A DNA stretch of 64,000 nt from Hemiscyllium ocellatum (taxonomy: Eukaryota). This document shows positions 63,150-64,000 of this stretch, in pieces. The stretch is taken from positions 11,550,035-11,614,034 of the forward strand of contig NC_083447.1 in assembly GCF_020745735.1 (NCBI RefSeq), read 5' to 3'. Each line of letters starts with the position of its first letter. Positions within the stretch are counted from its first letter, which is position 1. The notes beneath the pieces are model-generated. The model saw only the letters and a program-made list of their open reading frames with translations. It was not told the DNA's origin and did not search any database. Made by a program: the position numbers and the translations under genes.

Positions 63150-64000
63150 AATCACTGCAGTCCATGTGTTGTAGGTCAACCCACAATGCCCTTAGGGAGA
63201 GAATTCCAAGATTTTGGCCTAGCAACACTGAATGAATGTTGATCTATTTCCAAGTCAGGACAGTGCAGGGAGGGGAACGTGCAGGGGGTGGTGTTCCCAT
63301 GTATCTGCTGTCCTTGTCCTTCTAGATGGAAGTGGTCCTGTGTTTGGAAGGTGCTGTCTGAGGATCTTTAGTGATTTTCTGCAGTGCATCTTGAAGATGG
63401 TACACACTGCTGCTCCTGAGCGTCGGTGGGTGGAGGGAGCGAATGTTTGTGCCAATCAAAGTGACCACCTTGTCCTGGACGGTGTCAAGTGTATATGTGA
63501 GCTACAAGCTTCAGGAGGCCAGAGAGTCTGGCATCTTAGTTGACAGTAATAGGGGAGCTGAATGAGCATCATCAAGACTGAGGTCCTTGTTTTAACATAA
63601 AGCACCACTTGGGGTCAGCAGAGTTCAATAACAATCCTGATGGACAATGGGGACATGGCACCAAGAGGAACCTTCTGATGAGTTACTGTAAGGCATGGAC
63701 TCTTGCTGCAAACAGCAGAACTTGCTTCTCCAGCTCTTTGTTCAGCTGTGACTGAGAGGCCCGGGGATTTTCCTTCACAAACTTCGCAAGGCCAAGGATA
63801 CATTGTGTCTGCGGGCAGAAACGACGGTGTGGTTACTCATGGAAAAACAGAGGTTTCTTAAACATTAACATCCTGTAACATGAGGGAGAAGGTCAGATCC
63901 CCATGCATGCTATTCTTTAGGAACTACAGGATTGGAAGGAAGGAGACAAAATGGGCATCAATTTGAGGAATGGTGCTCAGCTCCCTTTCAGACACAGACA

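Overview
Vertebrate genomic DNA, almost certainly from a shark or other elasmobranch (HE1/V-SINEs, CR1-type LINEs and Penelope-like repeats throughout). Four intron-containing genes lie head-to-tail on the minus strand. I assembled exons by eye from GT-AG sites and remembered protein similarity. (1) A WDR20-family WD40 gene, most likely DMWD: 4 coding exons, 61029->47630, 588 aa. (2) TBCB: 6 exons, 35487->25427, 248 aa. (3) SDHAF1: one coding exon at 15508->15251 plus a probable non-coding first exon near 18.84 kb. (4) The first coding exon of an unidentified gene at 7864->~7805, possibly CLPTM1, running out of the window. The rest is repeats: CR1 and Rex/Babar LINE fragments, V-SINEs, a solo LTR, Tigger-like MITEs, a GC-rich minisatellite at or near each gene 5' end, and a ~4.4 kb G/A-rich low-complexity tract. 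The most striking signal is a dense set of short Penelope-derived insertions, many fold-back and with 12-14 bp target-site duplications. They carry minimal type-I hammerhead ribozyme cores (CUGANGA-stem II-GAAA-palindrome-UH) from at least three sequence families. Most short ORFs in the supplied track are repeat-derived noise.
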